From NCBI GenBank assembly GCA_963710105.1, contig CAVPYV010000002.1, positions 116,972 through 180,971 on the forward strand: a stretch of 64,000 nt of DNA, given 5' to 3'. The stretch comes from an uncultured Chloroflexia bacterium (GTDB taxonomy: Bacteria; Chloroflexota; Limnocylindria; Limnocylindrales; CSP1-4). The translations under genes and the position numbers were made by a program. The stretch's first letter is position 1; each line of letters begins with the position of its first letter. The notes under the pieces are model-generated. The model ran no database searches. It was not told where the DNA came from and was given only the letters and a program-made list of their open reading frames with translations. This document shows positions 16,493 through 25,909 of this stretch, one piece after another.

Positions 16493-18801
16493 GGCTTGGG
16501 CGAGGCCTTGCCCGACGCCTTGGCCGACGGGGCCGCCGAGCCCGCCGCCGAGCCCGAGGGTCCGGGCGAGCCGGACGGCCCGGGGCTCCCGGCGGGCCGG
16601 TCCGGCACCGCCTCGAGGATCGCCGAGAGCACCGCGTCCTTCGTGGCCCAGATGAGCGTCGTCGGCGCTCCGGCCTCCGCCCCCAGGACCACGTACATCC
16701 CGCGGACGTCGGCGAAGGCCGCCCCGCCGCCGGCGATCCGGTACTGCTCGACGAACGTCCCCTTCGCCTTGTCGAAGGCCACGACCCGGCCGCTGACCGC
16801 GTCCCAGGCGTAGAGCAGGCCCGTCCGCTTGTCGCTGGCGGAGGCGATCAGGCGGTAGCTCGGCGCTGGCCGGAGGAGAACGTCGCCGTCGGGGGCAAAT
16901 CCGGCCGTGCCCGGCGCCTGGATCGACCAGCCCTCGCTCTTGCCGCCGACGAAGCGGACGATCGAGCCGCCGTCGGCCACGAAGATGTCGCCGTCGATCA
17001 GGAGGTCGGTGACCTTCGAGACGTCGCGCGCGACCGCGAGCTTCTGCAGCGGCGTGGACGGGAAGCCGCTGCCGTCCTTCGCGGCCGAGTAGCTCAGGAT
17101 GTTCTGCTCCGAGGGGTCGACGATGTACAGGTTGTAGAGGCCCTCGCTGACGCTCCGCAGGAACGTCCCGACCGCGACGACGTCGTCGCCCCAGCCGGCG
17201 GAGCCCAGGACCTTGATCACCGTCGTCGTGCCGTTGCCGGCGGTGTCCTTCGGCCGCCAGCGCCAGACGACGTTCTTGTCGTCGACGATCACCAGGTCGC
17301 GCGCCGCGGTCGTCATCAGCCGCGGGACGCCCTCGACCTTGCCGGCGGCCTTCGTCTTCGAGCGGAAGACGGCGGTCGCCTTCTTCGTCCGGAGGTCGAT
17401 CCGGTAGACCGTCGCGGTGGCCTTGTCGAGGACGAACGGGACGCCCTGGGGGCCGACGATCATCGCCCCGATGTCGAGCGGCGTCTTCGTTCCGGCGGTC
17501 GCGAGGATCGTCGCGGCGGCGACCGGCACGACGCGGTAGAGCCGGTCGAGGCCGGCCACGATCTTCGTCCGGAGCGGATCGAGGGTCCGCGTCGGGACGT
17601 TCGCCGCGCGGGCCGCGTCGAGGCCGTCGTAGGCCGCCGACAGCAGCTCGAAGGCCTTCTGGGGGTCGCCCTCGACGAGGTCCACGCCGGGCCCGAAGAC
17701 CTGATCGAGGTTGGCGTTGATCGTCCGGATGGCGGCCTCGCCGGCGGCCACCGAGCTCAGGGCCTTCGTCCCGCCGCCCCCGCCGCCGAGGGCGAAGATC
17801 GCGGTCCCGAGGGTGACCATCACGAGGACGAAGGCGAGGATCGCCATCGCCGCCCGCCGCTGGGTCTCGCGCTTGGCGGCGGCCGGCGTCACCCGGCGAT
17901 AGGAGGTCCGGCGATGGGGCAGGATGTCCTGGGCCTGCTGGACCAATCGGGTGAACAGGCCGCCGGCGGCGCTCCGGGCCCGCGTCGCGGACGCCTGGAC
18001 GGCCGCCACGCCGCCGGTCACGTTGTCCGCGAGCGGGATCGGCGAGCGGTCGGGCGCGCCGGCGAGGGGCTCGGCGGGACGGACGGGGACGAGCGTCCGG
18101 GAGCGGTGGGTCGAGGCCACCTCGGTCGCCTCGAACGCGATCATCGCGTCGCTGCCGTTGCCGTCGGCCGCGAGGAAGCGGTGGTGGAGGTGCTCCATCG
18201 CCGGCTGCGGGTGGAGGGTGACCATCGCATCCTTGAGCTCGTCGGGACCGAGCCGGGTCATCACGTTCGGCGAGACGAGGACGAGCGAGTCGCCGACCGA
18301 GATCTCGCCGCGCCAGACGTCCGGCTCGAGGTCGCCGGTCGGCAGGCCGCGCTCGCGGTGGGGGTCGGGCAGGGTCGAGAGCCGGGCCTGGCGGATCAGG
18401 TACGCCTCGGCCGGCCCGATCGTGGCGACGTACAGCTCGTTGCCGCGGACGACGGCGATCGCGATCCCGATCGGCCCGTTGGCGGCGGTCCCGTGCAGCC
18501 CGAGCCGCTCGCGCTGGTGGTTGAGCCGCTTGTTGGCCGACGCGATCGCCTTCTCGATGCAGACGCGGATCCCGGCCGACTCGTCGTAGTAGTACTCCCC
18601 GCGGATCGTCTCGGCGGCGAGCTGGGTCGCCTCCTGGGCGCGGGCCGACGCGATCGTCGAGGTCACGATCAGGTAGAGATGGCCCTTCGAGCGGGCGATC
18701 GCGCCGATCGAGGGCTCGACGACGACGACCGTGTCGGGCGAGCTTGGTGATCGGTCCGGCTCGGCGATCACGCCGAGCTTCATCTGCAATCGGACGGCCA
18801 A
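16489..18801 (-). CDS. bitopic membrane protein: degenerate PP2C-like N-domain, one TM helix, beta-propeller-like extracellular domain
   Basis: PP2C-like segments (LYLIV, VATIGPAEAYLIR, GDSLVLVS); TM AAMAILAFVLVMVTLGTAIFAL; repeated beta-strand blades (FVLD-x5-VYRI, LYIVDP-x3-NILSY, IFVADGGSIVRF, LYAWD-x3-GRVVAFD). Confidence 0.6.
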   Translation of the reverse strand: MAVRLQMKLGVIAEPDRSPSSPDTVVVVEPSIGAIARSKGHLYLIVTSTIASARAQEATQLAAETIRGEYYYDESAGIRVCIEKAIASANKRLNHQRERLGLHGTAANGPIGIAIAVVRGNELYVATIGPAEAYLIRQARLSTLPDPHRERGLPTGDLEPDVWRGEISVGDSLVLVSPNVMTRLGPDELKDAMVTLHPQPAMEHLHHRFLAADGNGSDAMIAFEATEVASTHRSRTLVPVRPAEPLAGAPDRSPIPLADNVTGGVAAVQASATRARSAAGGLFTRLVQQAQDILPHRRTSYRRVTPAAAKRETQRRAAMAILAFVLVMVTLGTAIFALGGGGGGTKALSSVAAGEAAIRTINANLDQVFGPGVDLVEGDPQKAFELLSAAYDGLDAARAANVPTRTLDPLRTKIVAGLDRLYRVVPVAAATILATAGTKTPLDIGAMIVGPQGVPFVLDKATATVYRIDLRTKKATAVFRSKTKAAGKVEGVPRLMTTAARDLVIVDDKNVVWRWRPKDTAGNGTTTVIKVLGSAGWGDDVVAVGTFLRSVSEGLYNLYIVDPSEQNILSYSAAKDGSGFPSTPLQKLAVARDVSKVTDLLIDGDIFVADGGSIVRFVGGKSEGWSIQAPGTAGFAPDGDVLLRPAPSYRLIASASDKRTGLLYAWDAVSGRVVAFDKAKGTFVEQYRIAGGGAAFADVRGMYVVLGAEAGAPTTLIWATKDAVLSAILEAVPDRPAGSPGPSGSPGPSGSAAGSAAPSAKASGKASPKP

Positions 18802-18976
18802 GTCAGGGTCTCTCGTGGCTGTGGGCGCCGAAATCGACGGTGGACGGCGCGGAACGCCGAGGCGGGCCCGGTTTCGTTCGGGACGCGCGCCCCGAGATTG
18901 GCTGGCAGGTCCGGGCAGTATACGCGGCAGGGTCGGCGCGGGACGAAGCGGTTCTCCCGGTCAAGCCGGCGCCCGG

Positions 18977-19369
18977 TCAGCCGGCGCCCGGTCGTGACGG
19001 CGGTCGATCCGGGCCGTGCCGCTCGCGGCCGGGGGCATCGTCCTCGCCACCGGGCCGGCGCGCGACGACCACCCGCAGCTCGCGCGCCCCGAACCCGGCC
19101 GGAGTCGCCGCGAACGCCGCCAGCAGCTCCGAGGCGCGGAGGCGGAGCTCCTGGCCGACGATCGGCGCGTCGGCCTCGACGACGACCGCGAAGCCGTCGA
19201 TGCGAATGACCCGGCACGCGCCGGATGCCGCCGGCACCCGCTCTGCGACCAGCCGCTCGAACGTCGCCATCGCCCGCGACAGGCGGAGCTCGTCCTCGAG
19301 CCCCAGCCCGCGGGCGGCGTCCGGGAGGAGATCGCCGAGGCGGACCATCGGCCGCCGGCGGCCGCTCAC
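18977..19369 (-). CDS. dciA: DciA (DUF721) helicase-loading protein
   Basis: RLGDLLP, VVVEADAPIVGQELRLRASELL pattern; lies directly after recF with a GTGA overlap. Confidence 0.7.
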   Translation of the reverse strand: MSGRRRPMVRLGDLLPDAARGLGLEDELRLSRAMATFERLVAERVPAASGACRVIRIDGFAVVVEADAPIVGQELRLRASELLAAFAATPAGFGARELRVVVARRPGGEDDAPGRERHGPDRPPSRPGAG

Positions 19370-20571
19370 GCCTCGTCCGTCGGTGGACCGACCGGAACCC
19401 CGGGGTCGCTCGCCGGAGGGCGCGCCGGGCCGTTCCCGGGCGCCTCGATCGATCGGAGCGTTGCTCCGCCGCCGGCGTCGGCGACCACCTCCCAGGCCGT
19501 GGCGGCCAGGACGAGCTCCGGGTCGAGGTCGTCGAGCGTCGTCGTCGTCACGAACGCCTGGGGCAGGTCGGCGATCCGCCGGACGAGATGCGAGCGGCGG
19601 TCCGGGTCGAGCTCGGAGAACACGTCGTCGAGGAGGAGGAGTGGCGGCCGCCCGTCCTGCTCGGTGAGGAGGTCGAGCTCGGCGAGCTTGAAGGCGAGAA
19701 TCGCGGTCCGCTGCTGGCCGCGCGAGGCGAAGCCCGAGAGGTCGCGTCCGTCGAGGGTGAAGACGAGGTCGTCGCGGTGCGGGCCGACGAGCGTCGAGCC
19801 GTTCCAGACCTCCTTGTCGGCGGTCTCGGCGAGGCGCCGGGCGAGGGCGTCCCGCGGCGTCTCCCCGGGAAGTGCCGGGGCGTTCGTCGCGTACTCGACC
19901 CCGAGCCGGGCGTCCCGCGCCTCGTCCGGGGCGATCTCCGCGTGGGCTCGCGCCAGCGGCCCGGCGAGGTCGTCCAGGAGACGCAGCCGCTCCGCGACGA
20001 TCGCCCCGCCCGCGTCGAGGAACGAGCCGTCCCAGAAGCGCAGCTCGTCGCGACCGGCCTGCTCCTCGCGGATCGCCCGAAGCAGGCTGTTGCGCTGCTG
20101 GAGCGTCCGCCCGTAGGTCGCCAGGTCGCGGCCGTAGCCGGCCGAGCGCTGGGTCGCCAGCTGGTCGATCGCGGCCCGCCGGAGGCCCGGTGAGCCGATC
20201 ACCAGGAGCATCTCCTCGGGGGCGAAGACGACGGTCCGGAGCAGCCCCGTCAGGCCGGCCGCCCGGCGCGGGACTCCGTTGACGCGGATCCGCTTCCGGG
20301 CGCCGCTTCCGCCGGCCGGCCGGACGAGGGCGACCTCGATCGTCTCCGGCCCGGCGACGCCCTCGATCCGGGCGAGCTCCGCGCCCCAGCGGACGAGCTC
20401 GCCGTCGGACGAGGTCCGGTGGGAGCGGCCCCAGGCGAGGAGGACGATCGCCTCGAGGAGGGTCGTCTTGCCGGCGGCGTTCGGCCCGACGACGAGCTGC
20501 GGCCCGGCGCCGAACGCGGCCTCGAGCGACGCGTACGAGCGGAGGCCCTGGATCGAGATCGCCGTCAGCAC
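19366..20571 (-). CDS. recF: DNA replication/repair protein RecF
   Basis: GPNAAGKTTLLEAI, VVFAPE, GPHRDDL, ASRGQQRT and LLLLDDVFSELD. Confidence 0.97.
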   Translation of the reverse strand: MLTAISIQGLRSYASLEAAFGAGPQLVVGPNAAGKTTLLEAIVLLAWGRSHRTSSDGELVRWGAELARIEGVAGPETIEVALVRPAGGSGARKRIRVNGVPRRAAGLTGLLRTVVFAPEEMLLVIGSPGLRRAAIDQLATQRSAGYGRDLATYGRTLQQRNSLLRAIREEQAGRDELRFWDGSFLDAGGAIVAERLRLLDDLAGPLARAHAEIAPDEARDARLGVEYATNAPALPGETPRDALARRLAETADKEVWNGSTLVGPHRDDLVFTLDGRDLSGFASRGQQRTAILAFKLAELDLLTEQDGRPPLLLLDDVFSELDPDRRSHLVRRIADLPQAFVTTTTLDDLDPELVLAATAWEVVADAGGGATLRSIEAPGNGPARPPASDPGVPVGPPTDEA

Positions 20572-20626
20572 GGATCGTGATCGCGGCCGCCGCGCCCGGC
20601 CCGCCGCCGGCGCCGGCCGCGAGCCG

Positions 20627-21742
20627 TCAGGAGGTCGTCCGGAGGGGCATGACGACGTGGACGTAGCGGTCGTCGCCGATCGGCTTGAAGACCCCCGGCG
20701 AGAGGGGACCGTTCAGCTCGAGGGCGAACTGCTCCGCGTCGACGTTCGTCAGGACGTCGGCCAGGAAGCGGGCGTTGAAGGCGATCGTCGTCCCGTCGCC
20801 CTCGATCGCGCTCTCGACGCGGCCGACGTGGTCGCCGACCTCGGCGTTGGCGCTGACGGTGATCGCGCTCTCGCCGTCGAGCCCGACCCCGAGCTTGACG
20901 ATGTTCGCCGACTCGTGGGCGATCAGGGCCGCCGGCCGCACCGCCCGGAGGAGCTCCTCCCGATCCATCACGGCCCGCGTCGCGTGGCTGGCCGGCAGGA
21001 CGGACTGGTAGTTCGGGTACTGGCCGTCGATCAGGCGCGTCACCAGGTCGATCCCGTCGATGTGGAACAGGAGCTGGTTGCGCGAATGGGCGAGCACGAT
21101 CGAGACGGGATCGTCGGTGTCGGACAGGACCCGGCCGAGCTCGTGGAGGGCCCGCGCCGGGATGACGACGCTCGTCTCCTCGACGGGGTCGAGGACCGTG
21201 ATCGTCTTGACGGCGATCCGGTAGTTGTCGGCCGCGGCGAGGGTCAGCTGGTCACCCTCGAACTTCGCCAGGACGCCCGTCAGGATCGGCCGGGCCTCGT
21301 CGCTCGCGGCGGCGAACGCGGTCTGGTCGAGGGCCTGCCGGAGGACCTTCTGGGCGACCCGCGTGATCGGCCGCTCGCCGGCGGTCTGGACCGTCGGGAA
21401 GTCCTCGGCCGGGATGCCCTTGATGTTCGACTCGAACCGGCCGGCCCGGATGTGGAGGGTCTCGCCCTCGCCCAGCTCCAGGGCGATCGGCTCGCTTCCG
21501 GGCAGGGAGTTGACGAGGTCGGTCAGCAGGCGGGCGGGCACGGACGTGGCGCCGTCGACCTCGATCTTGCCGGGGACCCAGTAGGTGATCCCGATCTCGA
21601 GGTTCGTCGCGGTCAGCTTCAGGCCGCCGTCCTCGGTCTTGAGCAGGACGTTCGTCAGGACCGGGAGCGAGCGGTTCGAAACGGCCCGGCTCACGACCGA
21701 CAGGCCGCGGGCGAGGTTCTCCTGCATGACCGATAGCTTCAC
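20627..21742 (-). CDS. dnaN: DNA polymerase III beta clamp
   Basis: LTATNLEI, RPILTGV, AADNYR, RLIDGQYPNY and IAFNARFL motifs. Confidence 0.97.
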   Translation of the reverse strand: MKLSVMQENLARGLSVVSRAVSNRSLPVLTNVLLKTEDGGLKLTATNLEIGITYWVPGKIEVDGATSVPARLLTDLVNSLPGSEPIALELGEGETLHIRAGRFESNIKGIPAEDFPTVQTAGERPITRVAQKVLRQALDQTAFAAASDEARPILTGVLAKFEGDQLTLAAADNYRIAVKTITVLDPVEETSVVIPARALHELGRVLSDTDDPVSIVLAHSRNQLLFHIDGIDLVTRLIDGQYPNYQSVLPASHATRAVMDREELLRAVRPAALIAHESANIVKLGVGLDGESAITVSANAEVGDHVGRVESAIEGDGTTIAFNARFLADVLTNVDAEQFALELNGPLSPGVFKPIGDDRYVHVVMPLRTTS

Positions 21743-22193
21743 GTCGGGTTCACTCCAGAGATGACGGGCCGGGCCGGCTGGCTGGTCAGGAATCGGGACC
21801 GCGTGCCGAGGTTGACAGGTCGTGGGTATCTGTCCCGTATCTTAGTCCCGTCATCACCGTCATCATGGTGTGGACGCGGTGGACGGCCCCGCTCGGCGGT
21901 GCGGCGGCCGTCGGTGGACGAGCCGGACCCGATCGTGGAAGCGAGCGGTCGGATCGGGGTCGCCGCGGTGGACGCCCGGTGGACAGGTGCGATGGCCCAG
22001 ACCGGGCGCCGCGGACCACGGTCCCGCCATCCACGCCGGGCCCCGGCGCAGCGCAGCCGGTGCGACCGGATGTCCACATTCGGGATCGGTTCTCCACTGT
22101 TTCGAGCCCGGTTGTCCACATCTGCGGAGCGCGAACGGGTCGCGAGGGGTGGAGCTGCAGCAGGGATCCGGCCGCTCCGCGGCGACCCGCCGG
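21743..22193. promoter_or_regulatory. probable oriC (dnaA-dnaN intergenic) with degenerate DnaA boxes
   Basis: TTGTCCACA 22112-22120, TTCTCCACT 22090-22098, ATGTCCACA 22070-22078, GCGTCCACA on minus strand 21869-21877, plus further GTGGA(C) cores near 21878, 21913, 21935, 21967, 21978, 22028 and 22148; relatively AT-rich patch 21811-21868. Confidence 0.75.
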
Positions 22194-23552
22194 CTATTCG
22201 GCGTAGATCAGCTCGCGGACCGCCGCGATCTCCCGGCGCAGCTCGTCGTTGACGGCCGATTCCCGGGTGATCTTGTCGCAGGCGTGGAGGACGGTGGAGT
22301 GGTCGCGGCCGCCGAGCTCGGCGCCGATCCGGAGGAGCGAGACGTCCGTCTCCTCGCGCATGAGGAACATCGCGACCTGGCGCGGGGTCACGATCGCCTT
22401 GTCGCGCTTCTGGCCCCGGAGCTGGTCCATCTGGACGCCGTAGTACTCCGACACGGCGAGGGCGATCCGCTCCGGCGTGACCTGCCGCTTCTTCGGGTTG
22501 TAGAGGACGTTCGAGAGGACCGCCTGGGCGAGCTCGATCGAGATCGGCATCGCACCCATGGAGGCGTACGCCACGATCCGGTTGAGCGCGCCCTCGAGCT
22601 CGCGGATGTTGCTGACGACCTTGCGCGCGACGAACTCGATCACGTCGGAGGTGATCGGGACGGCGCCCTCCTCGGCCTTGGCCCGGAGGATCGCGATCCG
22701 CGTCTCGAGGTCCGGCGCGGTGAGGTCGGCGATCAGGCCCCACTCGAAGCGCGACCGCAGCCGCTCCTCGAGGGTCAGGATCGCCTTCGGCGGCCGATCC
22801 GAGGACAGGACGATCTGCTTGCCGTCCTCGTGGATCGCGTTGAAGGTGTGGAAGAACTCCTCCTGGGTCCGCTCCTTGTCGGCGATGAACTGGATGTCGT
22901 CGATGAGGAGGAGGTCGATCCGCCGGAAGCGCGCCCGGAACTCGTCGATCTTGCCCTGCTGGATCGACGTGATGAACTCGTTGGTGAACTTCTCGCTCGT
23001 CGCGTAGACGATCCGCTTCCGCGGGAATTTCGCGGCCACCTGGCTGCCGATCGCGTGCATGAGGTGGGTCTTGCCGAGGCCGACCCCGCCGTACAGGAAG
23101 AGCGGGTTGTAGGCGTGGCCGGGCCGCTCGGCAACCGACAGGCTCGCGGCGTGGGCGAGGCGGTTGGCGGAGCCGACGATGAAGTTGGCGAACGTGTAGC
23201 GCGGATTGAGGTTGGCGCTGCCGCCCTCGCCGCCGACCCGACCCGGCTCGAGCCGGACCTGGGGCGAGGCAGCCGGCCCGACCGCGGCGGCCTCGACCGG
23301 CGCTTCGACCGCGGCGATCGCGAACTCGACCTGGACGCTGTAGCCGACGATCCGGGCGAGCGTCTGGCTGATCAGCGAGCGGTAGCGGTTCTCCAGCCAG
23401 TCCTTGGCGAACCCGTTCGGGACGGCGATCCGGAAGCGCTGCTCGTCGACGTCGATCAGCTGCGTATCGCGCAGCCACGTCTCGAAGTTCGCGGGCGACA
23501 ACGACACTTGCAGCTCGCCGAGCGCGGCGCGCCAGACCTGCTTGGCATCCAT
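22194..23552 (-). CDS. dnaA: chromosomal replication initiator DnaA
   Basis: ATG 23552 (MDAKQVW); YTFANFIVG, NPLFLYGGVGLGKTHL, LLLIDDIQF, RLRSRFEWGL and GGRDHSTVLHA. Confidence 0.98.
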   Translation of the reverse strand: MDAKQVWRAALGELQVSLSPANFETWLRDTQLIDVDEQRFRIAVPNGFAKDWLENRYRSLISQTLARIVGYSVQVEFAIAAVEAPVEAAAVGPAASPQVRLEPGRVGGEGGSANLNPRYTFANFIVGSANRLAHAASLSVAERPGHAYNPLFLYGGVGLGKTHLMHAIGSQVAAKFPRKRIVYATSEKFTNEFITSIQQGKIDEFRARFRRIDLLLIDDIQFIADKERTQEEFFHTFNAIHEDGKQIVLSSDRPPKAILTLEERLRSRFEWGLIADLTAPDLETRIAILRAKAEEGAVPITSDVIEFVARKVVSNIRELEGALNRIVAYASMGAMPISIELAQAVLSNVLYNPKKRQVTPERIALAVSEYYGVQMDQLRGQKRDKAIVTPRQVAMFLMREETDVSLLRIGAELGGRDHSTVLHACDKITRESAVNDELRREIAAVRELIYAE

Positions 23553-23743
23553 TCGATCGATGGTGTCCCGATCCGTTGGTGGTTGACGAAATTCGGCCGT
23601 ACGGGATGCCGAAGCGCGGTCGCCGAGGTCGGAGCAGAGGGGCTCCGGAGGGGTCGTCGGCGCGGCGGACGACGCTCCAGGGTCCATCCCGCACGGGGAG
23701 AATGGGGCCGACCCGCGAGCGTCCCGGCGCCGAGGGCCCGGTG

Positions 23744-23773
23744 AGAATAGCACCGGCCGGACGGGGGTCGCAA
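23744..23773 (-). promoter_or_regulatory. sigma70-type promoter of dnaA
   Basis: TTGCGA (23773-23768), 18 nt, TG-C-TATTCT (-10 at 23749-23744). Confidence 0.6.
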
Positions 23774-23860
23774 GGCGATTCCGGCATACCCCCGGGGAGT
23801 ATCGCATCGAGGCTCCGCGGGAAGCCGGCTCGGGGGCCGGCGGACGCCGCCGTCGGCCGT

Positions 23861-23890
23861 TTGACACTCCCGAAGAGCCCGTCATATCAT
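23861..23890 (+). promoter_or_regulatory. sigma70-type promoter of the rpmH operon
   Basis: TTGACA (23861-23866), 18 nt, TATCAT (23885-23890). Confidence 0.7.
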
Positions 23891-24002
23891 CCGCCGGACG
23901 ACGAACGCGCCGACGCGCTCCTGTGGCGCTGGCGCGTTCGTGTGCCTTTCAGGGGTCGGATGTCGACCCGGGGCCCAGCGGAGAGGATCGCGCACAGTCC
24001 CG

Positions 24003-24137
24003 ATGAAGCAGACCTATCAGCCCAAGAAGCGGCATCGCGCGAAGGAGCACGGCTTCCGCGCGCGGATGAGGACGCCCGGCGGGCGTCGCATCGTCGCCGC
24101 GCGGCGGGCCCGCGGTCGAAAGCGACTGACGGCCTGA
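24003..24137 (+). CDS. rpmH: 50S ribosomal protein L34
   Basis: [44 protein letters not shown]. Confidence 0.97.
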   Translation: MKQTYQPKKRHRAKEHGFRARMRTPGGRRIVAARRARGRKRLTA

Positions 24138-24169
24138 CGAGCGAGCGCGGCCCGCATCCGCCGCGGCTC

Positions 24170-24505
24170 GTGATGCTCTCCCGTCCGCAGGAATTCGCGG
24201 CGCTGCAGGCCGGGACCGTCCGGTCCCACCCTCTCTTCACCGCCAGGTTCCTGCGAACGGACCTCGAGACGACCCGGTTCGGCCTGGCGACAGGTCGCAA
24301 GCTGGGCGGTGCCGTGGTCCGCAACCGCGTCCGCCGCCGGCTCAGGGAGGGGCTCAGGGCGATGGCGCCCTCGTTCCAGCCCGGCTGGGACGTCCTGATC
24401 ATCGCCCGTCCGGCGATCGTCGAGACCGACTACCGGAGCCTGGTCGAGACGTTGCGGCGGATCCTCCAGCGAGGAGGCGTGGTGGGAGGTCAGGGCAGCT
24501 CGTGA
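24170..24505 (+). CDS. rnpA: ribonuclease P protein component
   Basis: 3' part of ORF 23576..24505; [25 protein letters not shown] motif and DVLIIAR; canonical position after rpmH. Confidence 0.93.
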   Translation: MMLSRPQEFAALQAGTVRSHPLFTARFLRTDLETTRFGLATGRKLGGAVVRNRVRRRLREGLRAMAPSFQPGWDVLIIARPAIVETDYRSLVETLRRILQRGGVVGGQGSS

Positions 24506-24708
24506 AGCGGATCGGGATCGGCCTCATCCGGCTCTACCGGATCGTCTTCGGCTGGCTTCCCGCGAGCTGTCGCTACGAGCCGACCTGCTCGCACTACACC
24601 GAGCAGGCGATCGCCAGATACGGGCTCCTCCGGGGCAGCTGGATGGGCATTCGCCGGATCGGCCGGTGCCATCCCGGTCATCCCGGCGGCTACGACCCGG
24701 TCCGCTAG
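24502..24708 (+). CDS. yidD: membrane protein insertion efficiency factor YidD
   Basis: [10 protein letters not shown] and RRIGRCHP-x3-GGYDPV. Confidence 0.95.
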   Translation: MKRIGIGLIRLYRIVFGWLPASCRYEPTCSHYTEQAIARYGLLRGSWMGIRRIGRCHPGHPGGYDPVR

Positions 24709-24727
24709 GCAACCAGACGAGGGCCAC

Positions 24728-25909
24728 GTGACACTCCCGCGCCTCCGCTCGAGCCTCGTCCGGCTCCTCCCCCTCCTGGCGATCGTTGCCGTCGCCCTGC
24801 TCGTCGCGGCATGCGCCGGCGGCCCGACGGGCTCGCCCGGATCGAGCGGCGGGCCGGCGATCACCCCGACGCCGCAGGCGGCCATCCCGCTCGAGCCCGT
24901 CCATCCGACGGAGCCGTTCAGCCTCCTCGCCTGGCTGTTCACGCCGATCTTCCAGGCGTTCTTCATCCTCCTCGTCGTCCTCGAGAAGCTGACCGGCAAC
25001 ATCGCGATCGCCATCATCCTGATGACGATCATCATCCGGATCATCCTGATCCCGGTCTTCCGGCGGCAGACCGTCTCAACGCGGCGGACCCAGATGCTGG
25101 CGCCGGAGGTCAAGGAGATCCAGCGCCGCTTCAAGGGCGACCGGTTGAAGCAGCAGGAGGCCCAGCGCCAGCTCTATGCCGAGCGCGGCATCAACCCGGC
25201 CTCGGGCTGCCTGCCGGCGATCCTCCAGATCTTCCTGCTGATCCCGATGTACTCGGTCTTCAGCCAGGGTCTCCAGAACTTCAACCCCCAGGCGATGCTC
25301 GACGTCTTCGGGTTCCGGATCATCGACATGCAGTGCGCCGCCCAGCCGATCGTCAACGCCGCCGGCCACGTCCTCAACCCGTGCCTCAACCCGGTCGCGT
25401 TCGGCGTCAACTGGGGCGTTCCCGAGGTGATCATCGGGACGACCGGCTCGATGCTCTCGGGCCTCAGCCTGCTGGCGGTGATCTCGTCGCTATTCCAGCT
25501 CGTCCAGTCGCGGATGACGCTGCCGCCGCACGATCCCGCGATGGCCGACGACCCGCAGTACAAGATCCAGCGCCAGATGGCCTACATCTTCCCGTTCATC
25601 TCGCTGATCTACGGCAGCTTCCTGCCGGCCGGCCTGTTCCTCTACTGGATCGCCTCGACGATCTTCTCGATCGTCCAGCAGTACCTGATCATCGGCTGGG
25701 GCGGGATGTTCCCGCTGTTCGGCTGGACCCCCGGGTTCGCGACGGGCCACGCCCCCCGCTTCCCGGTCAGCCTGCCCCCGCCCGTCGACCCGAAGACCCG
25801 GCCGCCGACCTCGCCCCTCGGCGGGACGACCGGCCGGACCGCCCAGGCCGACAAGACCATTCGCCACAAGGAACGCGGCCGCCAGGGCCGCCGAGGGAGA
25901 CGCCGCTGA
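24728..25909 (+). CDS. yidC: membrane protein insertase YidC (lipoprotein-type signal, basic C-tail)
   Basis: IAIILMTIIIRIIL, LAPEVKEIQ, GINPASGCLPAILQ and PAGLFLYWIASTIFSIVQQY; N-terminal LLVAAC lipobox. Confidence 0.93.
   Translation: MTLPRLRSSLVRLLPLLAIVAVALLVAACAGGPTGSPGSSGGPAITPTPQAAIPLEPVHPTEPFSLLAWLFTPIFQAFFILLVVLEKLTGNIAIAIILMTIIIRIILIPVFRRQTVSTRRTQMLAPEVKEIQRRFKGDRLKQQEAQRQLYAERGINPASGCLPAILQIFLLIPMYSVFSQGLQNFNPQAMLDVFGFRIIDMQCAAQPIVNAAGHVLNPCLNPVAFGVNWGVPEVIIGTTGSMLSGLSLLAVISSLFQLVQSRMTLPPHDPAMADDPQYKIQRQMAYIFPFISLIYGSFLPAGLFLYWIASTIFSIVQQYLIIGWGGMFPLFGWTPGFATGHAPRFPVSLPPPVDPKTRPPTSPLGGTTGRTAQADKTIRHKERGRQGRRGRRR

Noticed and set aside
21812-21843. TTGACA on the plus strand inside the oriC region as an antisense promoter
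   Set aside because: The nearest TAnnnT (TATCTT, 21838) is 20 nt away, outside the 16-18-nt spacing.
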